Origin: Terriglobia bacterium
GTDB lineage: Bacteria > Acidobacteriota > UBA6911
NCBI GenBank assembly: GCA_963824985.1
Contig: CAWGRQ010000002.1
Span: 582-64,581, forward strand
Length of the DNA stretch: 64,000 nucleotides
Direction of reading: 5' to 3'
Part shown: in pieces, positions 49,487-60,059 of the stretch
How positions within the stretch are numbered: position 1 is the first letter of the stretch
How the letters are laid out: each line of letters begins with the position of its first letter
The notes under the pieces: generated by a model
What the model was told of the DNA's origin: nothing
Seen by the model: only the letters and a program-made list of their open reading frames with translations
Databases searched by the model: none
Made by a program: the position numbers and the translations under genes

Positions 49487-51058
49487 TTATCTGCCCGGAG
49501 CGGGCGGGGGGAACTGCACCAGGATTTCTCCAAACAGAAATCCCTTCCGGACCTCCACCCGTTCGCGGGTCGCCAACTGGACGTTGTCGGTGGTTGCGCT
49601 GAGCACGGATTGAATCTGAAGCGTATACGTGCCGGGCGCTATATCCGTGATCATAAAGGCGCCCCGCTCGTCGCTGAAGGACCTCTGGTATTCCTCGCCG
49701 CCGGGCTTGGCGGCCGTGTCGCGCAGGTGGACCACAAAACGTTTGATCGGGATCCCATGGGAGTCAATGACGCGCCCGTACAGCCCCGCCTCGACACGCT
49801 TCATGCGCACCACCACTTCGGGGGGCGGCGGATTGTTGACGTCAAAGGTGAGCCGCTGGTCCAGGTATCCCAGCCTCGTAATCTTGATTTCCCGCACCGG
49901 GGGATACGAAAGCGGCAGCGAAAACCGTCCGGCCTTGTCCGTGAGCGCGGCCCCGTCATACTTGCCTTGCGCGCCGCCGGTACCCCATATGCTCACCAGC
50001 GCCTCCGGGACCGCGCCGCCCGATTCGGCAATAACCCGGCCTTTCAGCGCCGGACGATCCTCAAGAACCACGTTGGGCGGCGGTGCCTTCGGATCGAGAA
50101 GGATCGTGCGGCTCAAGTAACCGTCGGCGGACACGGTGCAATCAAAAGGGCTCAATTCCAGGGGCAGGGAAACCTCGATCAGGCCTTTTCCATTACCTCC
50201 GGCCAGCTTGAATTGCCCCGGTGCCGAGGCGGTCGCATAGGCGATGCCCTCACCCCGGCCGTTCTTCACGGCAAAGGAAATGGGGATTGCCGGAGAAAGA
50301 TGGAAGTCGATTTGCTGGGATTGCCCCGCTTTCAGGGTGCCCAGCTCTTCCCCGAAGGTGAATCCGCGGGCGGAGGCGATTACCGCCACATCGCCATCCG
50401 GGAGCCCCTCCAGGGTGTACTTGCCGGCGGAATCCGTCAGTTGTCCCGCAGGGAAAATCACAGGATTATCGGCCACGATTGCGAGCGGGGGGGCATTTGC
50501 GACCACCAGGGCGCCTGCGACCGGCGTGTCCTGCCGGTCGAATACAAAGCCGACCAGCGTGGCCTGGCCCGTCCTGAGCTGAAAGTCGCGCACCGTGGAC
50601 CGGGTATCCCTGACCGGGAGGAATGCCGTCATCCGGGCATAGCCTTCCTTGCGGATTCCGATCCAGAGGTTGGCTGCCGCATTGAGATGAAACTGATATT
50701 GCCCCTGATCATTAGAGATGCCTGTTTCCAGGGGATTCGGTTGCTCGAAGGCCGGCGGCGACCAGCGGGGCGCGGACCGGTTGAGAGAGACTTCTGCTCC
50801 GGAGATCGTCTCCCCCATCTCGGAGGTGACTTTGCCGGTTACATCATACCCGGCATTTTGGCCGCGATCGGCGCCGTCCAGCGGCGTATATTCAGGCTCC
50901 GGTGGCGGCATGACCGACTCCGGCAGAGCCGCACCCGCGGGCTCAAGCCCGGGCTCCACGGGCTGGACGCGAAGCCGGGTGGTTGCATACCAGGCGACCC
51001 CTCCCAGCAGAATTATGATTGCCAGGATCCAGAACCAGCGACTGATCTTTCGTGCCAT
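49487..51058 (-). CDS. Membrane-anchored protein with carboxypeptidase-regulatory-like beta-sandwich repeats
   Basis: N-terminal TM helix and repeated G.V....G..V.GA.V ... TD.AG.Y/F motifs. Confidence 0.75.
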   Translation of the reverse strand: MARKISRWFWILAIIILLGGVAWYATTRLRVQPVEPGLEPAGAALPESVMPPPEPEYTPLDGADRGQNAGYDVTGKVTSEMGETISGAEVSLNRSAPRWSPPAFEQPNPLETGISNDQGQYQFHLNAAANLWIGIRKEGYARMTAFLPVRDTRSTVRDFQLRTGQATLVGFVFDRQDTPVAGALVVANAPPLAIVADNPVIFPAGQLTDSAGKYTLEGLPDGDVAVIASARGFTFGEELGTLKAGQSQQIDFHLSPAIPISFAVKNGRGEGIAYATASAPGQFKLAGGNGKGLIEVSLPLELSPFDCTVSADGYLSRTILLDPKAPPPNVVLEDRPALKGRVIAESGGAVPEALVSIWGTGGAQGKYDGAALTDKAGRFSLPLSYPPVREIKITRLGYLDQRLTFDVNNPPPPEVVVRMKRVEAGLYGRVIDSHGIPIKRFVVHLRDTAAKPGGEEYQRSFSDERGAFMITDIAPGTYTLQIQSVLSATTDNVQLATRERVEVRKGFLFGEILVQFPPPAPGR

Positions 51059-51168
51059 TTCGACCTCCGGCTTCCGTCTCACGCCCGTCCTTCAGGCCGG
51101 TGCGGTTCGCGGGTTGCGTTCCTCATTCTAAGATTGAGGGACAGGCGACTCAACCTCGAAATTCGCGG

Positions 51169-53442
51169 TCATCTGTGTGCCACGCTGAGGCCGATGCGGA
51201 AGCGGACCGGCAAGGCCGGGTAGCCGAGAACTTCCATGTAGTTCCGGTCAAGAGCATTATCAACTGCAGCAAACACGACAGCTCCGGAGAACAGCCGGAA
51301 GCTGGCCAGCAGGTCCAGAGTGCCGTATGCGGGGTTGCGGTTCAGATCCAGACCAAGAAAGTCGGAATCGATGCGGCTGCCCACGACGCTTGCGGCGGCA
51401 CGAAACGTCCAGCGGCGTGGCTTCCAGGTCAACTCGAGACGCCCGGAATGGCGAGGGCGGCGCAACAGCGGCTGGCCCGCGGCGTAGATCGGGTCGGAAG
51501 GCGCTTCATTTTCGAGGACCAGTGAATCCAGGAAGGTGTACGACCCGGCGATTTCCAGGTCCAGGCCCAGGGCCTGCCTGAAGCTGGTCTCGAGACCCCG
51601 GGCGCGGCTTTTGCCGACATTGACGAATGTCCCTGCGAACGTTGCAATGTCGGTAACTATATATCCGATCTGATTACGATAGTGGTTTGTGAAGAAGGTC
51701 GCTTCCACTATCCCCCCGCCGCCGAAATGCTGCTCGAAGCCAAAGTCGAAGCTTCTCGATTCCTCCGATTTCAGGTTCGGATTTCCAAGGAAAAAGGGTG
51801 ATTTGCTGAACGACTCCACCAGGGTCGGTTCCTTGATTCCCATGCCGAAATTGGCCTTTATCCTGGTCAGCCCGAACGAACTGTCTGCTGCCGGCTGGTG
51901 AAGGTGCCAGGCCAGCGACAGGCGCGGGACCGCAGAGAAGCCGAAGCTGGCGTTGTGTTCGAGGCGCACACCCGCCGCCGCGAAGAAGCGCCTGCCCATC
52001 ATCCATTGATCCTGAGCGAAACCGGCGAAGTTGTCGCGCACGGCATCCCGCGGATTGTCCGCCGGGTCGCCGGCGGTCCCGGTTTCGTGCTCGTATTCGG
52101 CTCCCGCCGTCAGCAGGTGGGTGTGCGGCAGGGACAGGTCGAAGTGATAATCGATCTTCTGGCGCCGGCTCCGGTTGAGCGTCTGGTAAGGAAAATCGTA
52201 AAGAGTGTAAGGGGAGATACGATCCCGGTATTTGGGAACGAAGGTTCCCGTGTCGACGCTGTCCTCGGAAAACTGCCTGGAATCGCTGACTGAGTATGAC
52301 CATATCTGGGTCCAGGTGGAGCTGCTCGAAAGCGTAAAGGTGATTCCGCCCGCCAGATTGCGATGCCGGAAATAGGCGTCGGAATCGGCGGGATAAAATG
52401 TCCACTGGCCGGGAACCCCGGCGCGCCCGGCGTCGCCGCGGAACACGACGCGCAGCTGACTTTTCGGGGTGGTTGCAATCCCGAGATTGCCGCTGATCGT
52501 CGTATTATTAAAGGATCCGTTGAGAACCTGGTTGTCGGTGTCCAGGCGCGCAAATGCTGCCGCATAGTCGACCCGGTTTCCCTTGCCCTCGACCCCGGCC
52601 TCGTACCGGAAAGTCGAGAACCGGCCCCCTTCGAGCGAGAAGAAGGGGCGCGGCTCCAGCCCTTCACTGCTCCCCCGGTGCGTGAAGATCTGAATGACGC
52701 CGGCCATGGCGTCGGATCCGTAGAGGGCGCTCTGGGGGCCGCGCACGATTTCGATGCGATCGATGTCAGATGTCGACAAGCCGGCAAAATTGATGCTCCC
52801 GCCGGGTTGGTTGATCGGGATACCGTCGATCAACACCTTGGTGTAATCCGATTCTCCTCCCCTTGTAAAAAGCGATACCAGCTGGCCGTTCGCGCCGTTC
52901 TGGGCAATGGTAAGGCCCGTGACCCTGCGGAGGGCATCCGTTACAGTGCCAACGCCTTCGCGCGCGAGCTCCTGCCCGCTGATTATGCTAATACTGCTTC
53001 CGACCTGGGCCAGCGGGGTCTCCGTGCGCGCTGCAGTCACCACAATTTCTTCCCGGATGGATGCTACCGCCAACGTTATGGACAGAGCAGGAGTGGCGGC
53101 GCCGACCTGCAACGGCTGGCTCCGGAGCGGAGCCAGTCCCGGGGCTGTGACATCGACGGCATACTCTCCGTCCGGAAGGCTGAATCTTGCTGTGCCCTGG
53201 GCGTCCGTCACCGCCGAAATTCCCGGCGATCCCGGTTTTGTGCGGATGTCGATGAGCGCCCGCGGCACCGGGCGGCCACCCTGGTCGACTACCATTACCG
53301 TCAACCGCCGCGTCGTTTCCTGCCATGCCCACGCCGGAGAGGAAGCAAGCAGCAATGGAATGATACAGAACGCGAAACGGGCGGGGAAAAAAGGTCTCCG
53401 CGGCGCGTGTCCCGCGGCGGGCGGTTTGCGGCATGTATTCAC
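51169..53442 (-). CDS. TonB-dependent receptor, BtuB-like
   Basis: EEIVVTA, FTRGGES..VLIDGIP, RIEIVRGPQSALYGSDAMAGVI and a C-terminal barrel. The GTG overlaps the upstream stop (GTGA); last gene of the riboswitch operon. Confidence 0.88.
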   Translation of the reverse strand: MNTCRKPPAAGHAPRRPFFPARFAFCIIPLLLASSPAWAWQETTRRLTVMVVDQGGRPVPRALIDIRTKPGSPGISAVTDAQGTARFSLPDGEYAVDVTAPGLAPLRSQPLQVGAATPALSITLAVASIREEIVVTAARTETPLAQVGSSISIISGQELAREGVGTVTDALRRVTGLTIAQNGANGQLVSLFTRGGESDYTKVLIDGIPINQPGGSINFAGLSTSDIDRIEIVRGPQSALYGSDAMAGVIQIFTHRGSSEGLEPRPFFSLEGGRFSTFRYEAGVEGKGNRVDYAAAFARLDTDNQVLNGSFNNTTISGNLGIATTPKSQLRVVFRGDAGRAGVPGQWTFYPADSDAYFRHRNLAGGITFTLSSSSTWTQIWSYSVSDSRQFSEDSVDTGTFVPKYRDRISPYTLYDFPYQTLNRSRRQKIDYHFDLSLPHTHLLTAGAEYEHETGTAGDPADNPRDAVRDNFAGFAQDQWMMGRRFFAAAGVRLEHNASFGFSAVPRLSLAWHLHQPAADSSFGLTRIKANFGMGIKEPTLVESFSKSPFFLGNPNLKSEESRSFDFGFEQHFGGGGIVEATFFTNHYRNQIGYIVTDIATFAGTFVNVGKSRARGLETSFRQALGLDLEIAGSYTFLDSLVLENEAPSDPIYAAGQPLLRRPRHSGRLELTWKPRRWTFRAAASVVGSRIDSDFLGLDLNRNPAYGTLDLLASFRLFSGAVVFAAVDNALDRNYMEVLGYPALPVRFRIGLSVAHR

Positions 53443-54251
53443 GGCAGTCTCCGTTCTTCGATGAGTGGCAAGACTTCGGGTGTTCCATCCGGCAGCGTGC
53501 GGACCTCGAAGTTCGAGGCCGAAAAGTTGGCTGAGATTGTCCCGAGTGATCACATCGCGGACCCCGCCCTGGATGCGGATCGCCCCTTCCGACATCAGGG
53601 CGATGCGGTCGGCAAAGCCGGCCAGCAGGTGAATTTCGTGCGAAACGACGAGCGTCGCGATCCCGCGCGTTCGCGTCAGGCGGCGGACCAGGCGCAGCAA
53701 TTCCACCTGGATAGTTGATGTCCAGATTCGCGGTCAGTTCGTCGAGCAGCAGGATTTCCGCTTCCTGAACCAGCGCCCGCGCCAGGAGCAGGCGCTGTTT
53801 TTCGCCGCCGGAGAGCTCACAGACGCGCACATCTCGAGACGAGGTTAACTGGGTCATTTCCAGCGCCGCCAGGGTGATGTCGTCGTCGCGAGCGCTCTCG
53901 AATCCGAACAACGACAGGTGCGGGGATCGTCCCTGCAGGGCGAACTGCATCACGGTCAGCTGAGAGCCGTCGCCGGAACTCTGGGGAACCATGGCGATGT
54001 GACGCGCGATCTCCCTGCGGGGCAGCGCTGCCATGGGCTTTACCCCCTTGAGCCACACGCTTCCGGATGCCGGCTTCAACAGGCCGCACAGTAGCCGCAG
54101 CACGGTTGTCTTTCCCGAACCGTTGGGTCCTATGATTCCGGTCATCGTTCCGGGATGGAGGGCGAGCGTGAAGATTGCGCACCACCGGCTTCCGGTAGGA
54201 AAAGCACACATCCCGGGCTTCCAGAGCCGGCAAGTCATCGGTCCGGTTCAT
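53439..54251 (-). CDS. Cobalamin/iron-siderophore ABC ATPase (BtuD-like), several frameshifts
   Basis: GPNGSGKT, LSGGEKQR, LLLDE and VSHE..ADRIALM spread over several frames. Confidence 0.8.
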
Positions 54252-55298
54252 AGTCCGCTCCTCCGCCGCGAAAGGTAAACAAACAAAGGAGCGCCGAACA
54301 GCGCGGTAATGACGCCGACCGGCAATTCGGAGGGCGAAAGGAGCGTGCGGGCCAGGGTATCGGCAAGCAGTGTGAAAATGGCGCCGAACAGAAAGACGGC
54401 CGGGAACAGGATACGGTTGTCGCTGCCGAACATCATTCGTGCCAGGTGAGGACAGATGAGCCCGATGTAGGCGATCGGACCGCTCACCGAAACCACCGCG
54501 CCCGTGATGAGCGACGCAACAAGGTAGACGCGCGACCTTGACGCGGCGCACCTCGACGCCCAGGATCAGGGCGTCTTCTTCGCCCAGGGAGATCAGGTTC
54601 AGGCTGCGGGACAACAGGATAGAGCAGTAAAAATCCCGCCAACACGACCGCCGCGACCACGTAGATGGAGGCATCGACGGGGCGGCTCAGATCGCCGATC
54701 AGCCAGTAGAAAATGCCGCGCAGATCGGCCTGGCTGGTGCTCGTGAGCAGGATGACATTGATGGATGAAATAAACGAGGCCAGAACAATGCCGGCCAGCA
54801 GCAGGCGCTGAGAGCCTTCGCCGGATCGGCCGCTGCCTCCGGCCAGGAAGTAGACGGCGGCGACGACCACGGCAGCGCCGGCGAAGGCCGCAACCGGACG
54901 CCCGTATGCAAGCCCCGCCGCCGCTTCAGCGGCTCCCCACGAGGCGGCGGATATGGAATAGAGAATCGTTCCGAAAGAAGCCCCCGTGGAGACGCCCAGG
55001 ACAAAAGGATCGGCCAGAGGATTGCGCAGCAGCGACTGGAATGCCGTCCCCGCTACCGCGAGAGCCGCTCCGACCAGAGAACCGAGAAAGATGCGGGGCA
55101 GACGAACCGAAAAGAGGATGGTGGCGAGCGGATCATCGGGTGTGTAATACCCCGCCATGCGCTGTCCCAACAGGCGAAATACCTGCCCGGGGGGATCGTC
55201 ACGCTGCCGACGGTGAGGGCAAACAACACGGTGCCGCACCACGCGAACAAGAGCGCCAGGCTGACGGCGGCGATGCGGCTGCGGGAAAGACGGTTCAT
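54248..55298 (-). CDS. FecCD/BtuC-family permease, several frameshifts
   Basis: VRLPRI, QSLLRNPLADPFVLGVS, LGEEDALILGV and ELPVGVITALFGAPLF in successive frames. Confidence 0.85.
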
Positions 55299-56245
55299 CG
55301 GAATCGCTCCGGATGAAGTTTGCGTGCCAGTTCCTCGACGCCGTCCACAAAACGCGGAGAGGGATGCTGCAGGACTTCCCCCAGGACATACACGCGACCC
55401 CGCTTCACGGCACTCAGGGTTTTCCAGCCGGCGATCTGCCTGAGATCCGGCAGAGGTTTCCCCGGATGGTTGACCGTGAGGATCACATCCGGATCCTGGG
55501 CCAGCAGCTGTTCAAGGCTGTAACGCGGATAGAATTCATCGCTATCGGCCGAAATGGAAAGTACGTCCGCCAGGCGGAGAACATCGTTCTCGAAGGTCAT
55601 GCGGCCGGGGGCCAGCAAGGGATCGAACCAGGTGACGAAGAATGCGCGCGTCGGCGGCAGGCCGGCGAGACGCCGTTTGACCTCCTGCAGGCGCGCCTGC
55701 ATGTCTTCCACCAGGCGCGCGCCTTCTGCGGCCCGATCGGTAATGCGCCCGATCGCCAGCGTCGTTTCAAAGATCCCGTCCACCGAGCGCGGCGCCGTAA
55801 CGTAGACGGGCAGTCCCAGCTCCGCCAGCTTGTAGACCGCAGCCCGATCGTTTCCCGCGGTCGAAGCGATGACCAGGTCGGGCCGTGCGGCGAGAATGAC
55901 TTCGTAGCCGGGATTCAGCAGGCTGCCGATTTTCGGTTTGCTTCTGGCGTCCTCGGGCCAGTCACAGTGAGTGGTGACACCGATCAGGCGGTCGTCGGCC
56001 CCGATCAGGTAAAGTACCTCGGTGACGCTGGGCGCCAGCGAGATGATCCGCTGCGGCCGTTGGGGAAGGGTGACCGCCCTGCCCAGGCCATCGCGGTACG
56101 TGATCGCCGATGCCGGTTGGCTGGCGGATTGGGCCGCCGATGCCTGCCTGTCGGGCCGGCGGCCCGAGCACGAAACCATCGACTGCGGCAGAGTAAGGCA
56201 AATCAACGCCAGGAGGGTGGAGAATCGAGAACGCTTGCAGGGCAT
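55295..56245 (-). CDS. Cobalamin-binding periplasmic lipoprotein (BtuF-like)
   Basis: Lipobox MVSC, RIISLAPSVTEVL, CDWP and PSPRFVDG; first gene after the riboswitch. Confidence 0.88.
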   Translation of the reverse strand: MPCKRSRFSTLLALICLTLPQSMVSCSGRRPDRQASAAQSASQPASAITYRDGLGRAVTLPQRPQRIISLAPSVTEVLYLIGADDRLIGVTTHCDWPEDARSKPKIGSLLNPGYEVILAARPDLVIASTAGNDRAAVYKLAELGLPVYVTAPRSVDGIFETTLAIGRITDRAAEGARLVEDMQARLQEVKRRLAGLPPTRAFFVTWFDPLLAPGRMTFENDVLRLADVLSISADSDEFYPRYSLEQLLAQDPDVILTVNHPGKPLPDLRQIAGWKTLSAVKRGRVYVLGEVLQHPSPRFVDGVEELARKLHPERFR

Positions 56246-56285
56246 TCCAGGTCTCTTTCTCGCGAAGAGCGAGCTGAAAAAACAG

Positions 56286-56478
56286 GATGAGGCAGGTTTC
56301 CTGACTCTCGGGTCGTTGCCGGGCTTCTCGCCTTCCCCGTCTGATATCAACGAGTGGCGGGCTACTCCAGTGGCTGTTGCAGGCCGCAGAAGCCGGCTCT
56401 CCGAATACAGTGGCGGGACCGCGTGGGATTCACACCCACTTCCCTATTACCCCCGAAACGGGGCACCTCAATCCGCAA
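56286..56478 (-). promoter_or_regulatory. Cobalamin (AdoCbl) riboswitch
   Basis: The minus strand reads AGGTGC..AATAGGGAA..GGTG.GAATCCC..GCGGTCCCGCCACTGT..GCCACTG..GGGAAGG..AGTCAGGAAACCTGCC (B12 box), upstream of btu genes. Confidence 0.95.
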
Positions 56479-56754
56479 TGTAAAGAACCAATGTTCCTTT
56501 CTATCATTACCACCAGCCGCAGGCGGCTGTCAAAACTATTCTCACCAGGAACTCGTTATGCACATGATTACCCTATGCTTGATACGCTGCGCCATGCTCG
56601 ATGCCAGTCGCTTGAAAAAGGCGCCGGTCAGCACCTTCAGCTTTGCTCTCGCCCTGACGCGAGTTTTGGCTTAGCTTACAGATCGTAGCAGTGCTCGCGG
56701 TTTCGCACATAAAACGCATCAGGCCGGCTGGATACGAGGGAAGAGCGTGGCGGC

Positions 56755-56991
56755 TCAGTGATGCATTTTCAGGAGACCGTTCACCGACAGATCTTCATCA
56801 ATCAATGGCCAGTGAATCCCATAACCCCCGGGCGACAGCTCGGCATCCAGCCGTTCCTGCTGCGTGGCCGCCGCCAGCCTTTTGGAACATTTCTCCCACG
56901 GAATCCGCAGCCGACGCTCGCCAAGCACCAGGATCAGCGCCTCTGGCGTCAGCTCGATTCCGGTTGCGGTGACCGGTTCAGTTGCCTGCAT
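56755..56991 (-). CDS. DUF2442 domain protein
   Basis: IPWEKCSKRLAAATQQER..GYGIHWPLIDEDLSVNGLL. Confidence 0.8.
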   Translation of the reverse strand: MQATEPVTATGIELTPEALILVLGERRLRIPWEKCSKRLAAATQQERLDAELSPGGYGIHWPLIDEDLSVNGLLKMHH

Positions 56992-57096
56992 TCCCTTTGC
57001 CCCCAAAACTCCTCTCCCATTCTCCCACGATCAAGTCAAAGTGGTCAAAAATGATCTTGCGCACTTCCCGGCGCAGGCGGGGCGTCAAGTTATAGG
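56978..57096 (-). pseudogene. C-terminal remnant of a DUF4160-like partner protein
   Basis: YNLTPRLRREVRKIIFDHFDLIVGEWERSFGG overlaps the DUF2442 start. The 5' part is replaced by IS110 sequence. Confidence 0.6.
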
Positions 57097-57099
57097 ACC

Positions 57100-57278
57100 A
57101 TCATGGTTCGAAGCTGGCGGCGCGGGGCGGGAAGAACGCCAAGAAGCGCGCCATGGTGGCCGTGGCGCGCAAACTCGGGGTACTGTTACACCGGCTATGG
57201 GCGACGGGAGAAGTCTACGAGCCGCTGCACGACGCAACGCGGACAAACGAGGCGCTGGCAGCGGCAGCCAGGGCGTAG
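57100..57278 (+). mobile_element. IS110-family transposase C-terminal remnant
   Basis: KLAARGGKNAKKRAMVAVARKLGVLLHRLWATGEVYEPL. Confidence 0.8.
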
Positions 57279-57344
57279 GCAACTAAAAGGATAACGAGCA
57301 TGGGTACAGGTTAACCAGGTACCCAAGCCCTATGTGCCTCCTCT

Positions 57345-57469
57345 GTCAAGAACCCAACATTACCTGGAGAGCATTCTCGGAGTGCCGCGAGGTGGACCTG
57401 GTATTGCGGGACGGCATCAAGCCGGCGTTGAAAGATCGCATTCTGCGGGAAGCGATCTATGCCGCCTAG
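57345..57469 (+). pseudogene. Minimal nucleotidyltransferase (MNT) antitoxin remnant
   Basis: HYLESILG / EVDLVLRDGIKPALKDRILREAIYAA overlaps the HEPN start. The N-terminal catalytic region is absent. Confidence 0.7.
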
Positions 57470-57806
57470 AGATTGGGCTTTCCGGATCCAGGACATCCTC
57501 GACGCCATCGCCAAAATCCGGCGCTACGTTTCTGATGTCGATTTTGAGACCTTTGAAAACGACGAAGAGATCATGGATGCCGTCATCCACAATCTCACCG
57601 TCATCGGTGAAGCCGCCAATCACATCCCCGGGGAAATCACCGGCCTCTATCCCGAAATCCCCTGGCGTCAGATGGTCGATCTGCGTAATTTCACTGTTCA
57701 TGCCTACTGGAATCTGAAGCCTTCGGTCATCTGGGACACCGCCAAAAACGACTTGCCCCCGCTTGTGGAGTCCCTGGGCAAACTCCTGCCCGAGTCCAAC
57801 GGATGA
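57459..57806 (+). CDS. HepT-like (DUF86) HEPN ribonuclease toxin
   Basis: IQDILDAI, DAVIHNLTVIGEAA, and PEIPWRQMVDLRNFTVHAYW with an intact RxxxxH motif. Confidence 0.88.
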   Translation: MPPRDWAFRIQDILDAIAKIRRYVSDVDFETFENDEEIMDAVIHNLTVIGEAANHIPGEITGLYPEIPWRQMVDLRNFTVHAYWNLKPSVIWDTAKNDLPPLVESLGKLLPESNG

Positions 57807-58289
57807 AGCGTGGCACCCGTGTTGCGGGCAGGCCCCGGGCGCGCCGATCGCATGACTCCGATGCCCTCACGTGCAGGGAAAATGCCTTGATTAAGGGGAT
57901 ATCAGCATATGGACCGGCGCGCGATCGCCGTTCCTGGGGCTTCTCAGAGCCTGATGTGTCGGGACTCGACACGCACGCGCGGGAAAACAAGAGGAAATGC
58001 CCGAAAACCCGATTTTATTATGAGCGCCTTCCCGCCGCCCGATTGGCAGCGAAGCGTTTCGCGTGGATGGCCTCCGCGGCGCCACCCCTCCACGGCTAAA
58101 ACCTTACCATCAGAAAACAGGGGCGAAAATCGCGGCTAAGAGGGTTCCCGGGGCCATTCCCGAGGATTATCCAATGAGCATTCAGGCACTTCGCGTGGTC
58201 CGTCCCCGATCCCCAAATCTTTCAGCGAACAGCACTGACATAAGAGCGTATTAAACGCGCGCCCTGCATGATTTCATGGCACAGGAGTA

Positions 58290-60059
58290 CTATCGCATTG
58301 CTGCCGATGTATCTTCAACTCCTGGCCGAGCCCGGGCACGGTACCCGGGACGCGCTCGGATCCTGACATCTGGCCGGCTAACCTCAACGCGAATTCGGTG
58401 ATAACTGTCGTTGCCACCCTGTTGTGTGGGGTAATAGCAGATCATGTATTGATGGCGCAATTCCCCCGCGATCTCCATGAAGGCATTCCTGAGATTGGGA
58501 ATCGTCTCGGCGTTGTAGTGGCGCCCGCCGCCTCTCTCGCACAAATCGAGCAAGTACTGAGCGTTTTTTGAATATATCTCCCCGATATTCGGCATCATAA
58601 GGTAGCGATTCCTCGTGTCATACTGGAGCGCATAAATGAGCACGTCTGATTCTTCGATTTTTGCGAGTGTGCTTTGAGCAGTCGCCAGCCGGCTCCAGGT
58701 GTCCCAGCCGTCCGTAAGGAGTACAATCGCTTTGCGTCCCGGGATCTTTTTAAGGCGCTCAGTAACAGTGAGGTCCAGCGCATCGTAGAGGCGCGACCAT
58801 CCCCCAAAAACAATCAAAGAGAACGCGCGGTACAGCTGCTCCCGATCGTTGGTAAACTCAGAATCGATGTAGACCCAACTGCCATAGGATATGAGCATGA
58901 GCCGATCGTCCGGACGTAACGCATCCATAAATTCTCTGGCCGCCATCCGAATTTCGGGCCACTTATCTCGGGTACTGCCTGAAATGTCCATGAGCAAAAC
59001 TACATTGAAGGGCTCGGCCTCCGGGATAACACGATCAATGGGCTGCTCTTGGCCATCTTCAAAGAGACGAAAGTCTCTCGCTGTCAAGTCCGGAACGAAC
59101 TTGCCATGCATGTCACTCGCGACCACTGGGATGTTAACCATTTCAACATCCACTCTCACAAGCGTGGCATGCGCCGACTCCGCCGGCACCTGTACGGGGA
59201 CTGAGGGAAGGCCGGCTTCGACTCTCTTTAACTGAGGTTCAAGCGAGAAAGCGCGGTGCCTCCACGTAGGTGGCAAGGTCCATGCGGCGCAGATCGGTGG
59301 CAGCGAACCAGTGCTTTTTTCTTTTTGCAGGAATTGTCGCACAAGTGTATCAGGCGAAGGGGCGACGAGCCGGCCGTCTTTTGATTTTTGCCAAAATCTT
59401 GCGCCGCTCCACAACTTGGCGTCCAGGAGTTTTTCACTGTCACCAGGATTTCGGCTATAAACATCGGCAGGCAAAACAACCGCGATCAATGCTCGGGGCA
59501 TCACTCCTACATCCGGTCGATTTGCGTCGGCGGAATCCCGTTTTCTGCGCGTGTCCCAAGGTGCCACGTTGTACCGGCTATACTCCTCTTCGATCAGAAA
59601 AACGAGATCGGCCTTGTCGGGGGAGTCGGCTAAGGTGTAATTCTTATCTTTCCGAAGTTCCCTTTCGGCTTTGCTTTTCAAGTCGAGTTGAAGCCATCCT
59701 GAGGGGCCAATGCCCTGGGTCGAGCGTCCTAACTCATCCCAATCAGCATGGGAGCGGTCAAGAATGGGACGGTCCTGCGCAAGAATATGGGGGGGAAGCG
59801 ACAACGAAGGAACGCTATCAGGGGGATAGATATGAAGAAAGCCCGTGTCCCGCATCAGACAATAAGGAACTCGACCTTTTAAACTGCATTCCGGCAGAGG
59901 TCCTGGTGGGCATAGGGTGAAGAGAGATGAGTCTTGTACCGCAACAACACATATCCTTGACTTCGCTCTAGACTTGGGGGTTTGAACAGCATTAGCCAAA
60001 GGAAGCGACAACATCAGGCCAATGCAGAGCATGCATTGCGGCTTGAGACACCTCAACAT
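58290..60059 (-). CDS. VWA-domain protein of the Acidobacterial type with long N-terminal extension
   Basis: VRVDVEMVNIPVVASD..FVPDLTARDFRLFEDG, DISGS MIDAS, RKAIVLLTDG, ELRHQY and IRARPGY. Confidence 0.85.
   Translation of the reverse strand: MLRCLKPQCMLCIGLMLSLPLANAVQTPKSRAKSRICVVAVQDSSLFTLCPPGPLPECSLKGRVPYCLMRDTGFLHIYPPDSVPSLSLPPHILAQDRPILDRSHADWDELGRSTQGIGPSGWLQLDLKSKAERELRKDKNYTLADSPDKADLVFLIEEEYSRYNVAPWDTRRKRDSADANRPDVGVMPRALIAVVLPADVYSRNPGDSEKLLDAKLWSGARFWQKSKDGRLVAPSPDTLVRQFLQKEKSTGSLPPICAAWTLPPTWRHRAFSLEPQLKRVEAGLPSVPVQVPAESAHATLVRVDVEMVNIPVVASDMHGKFVPDLTARDFRLFEDGQEQPIDRVIPEAEPFNVVLLMDISGSTRDKWPEIRMAAREFMDALRPDDRLMLISYGSWVYIDSEFTNDREQLYRAFSLIVFGGWSRLYDALDLTVTERLKKIPGRKAIVLLTDGWDTWSRLATAQSTLAKIEESDVLIYALQYDTRNRYLMMPNIGEIYSKNAQYLLDLCERGGGRHYNAETIPNLRNAFMEIAGELRHQYMICYYPTQQGGNDSYHRIRVEVSRPDVRIRARPGYRARARPGVEDTSAAMR

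Noticed and set aside
57811-57825. Second sigma54-like motif TGGCAC-CCGTG-TTGC
   Set aside because: It is a weaker match with no structured RNA or ORF at the predicted start, so it is plausibly chance.
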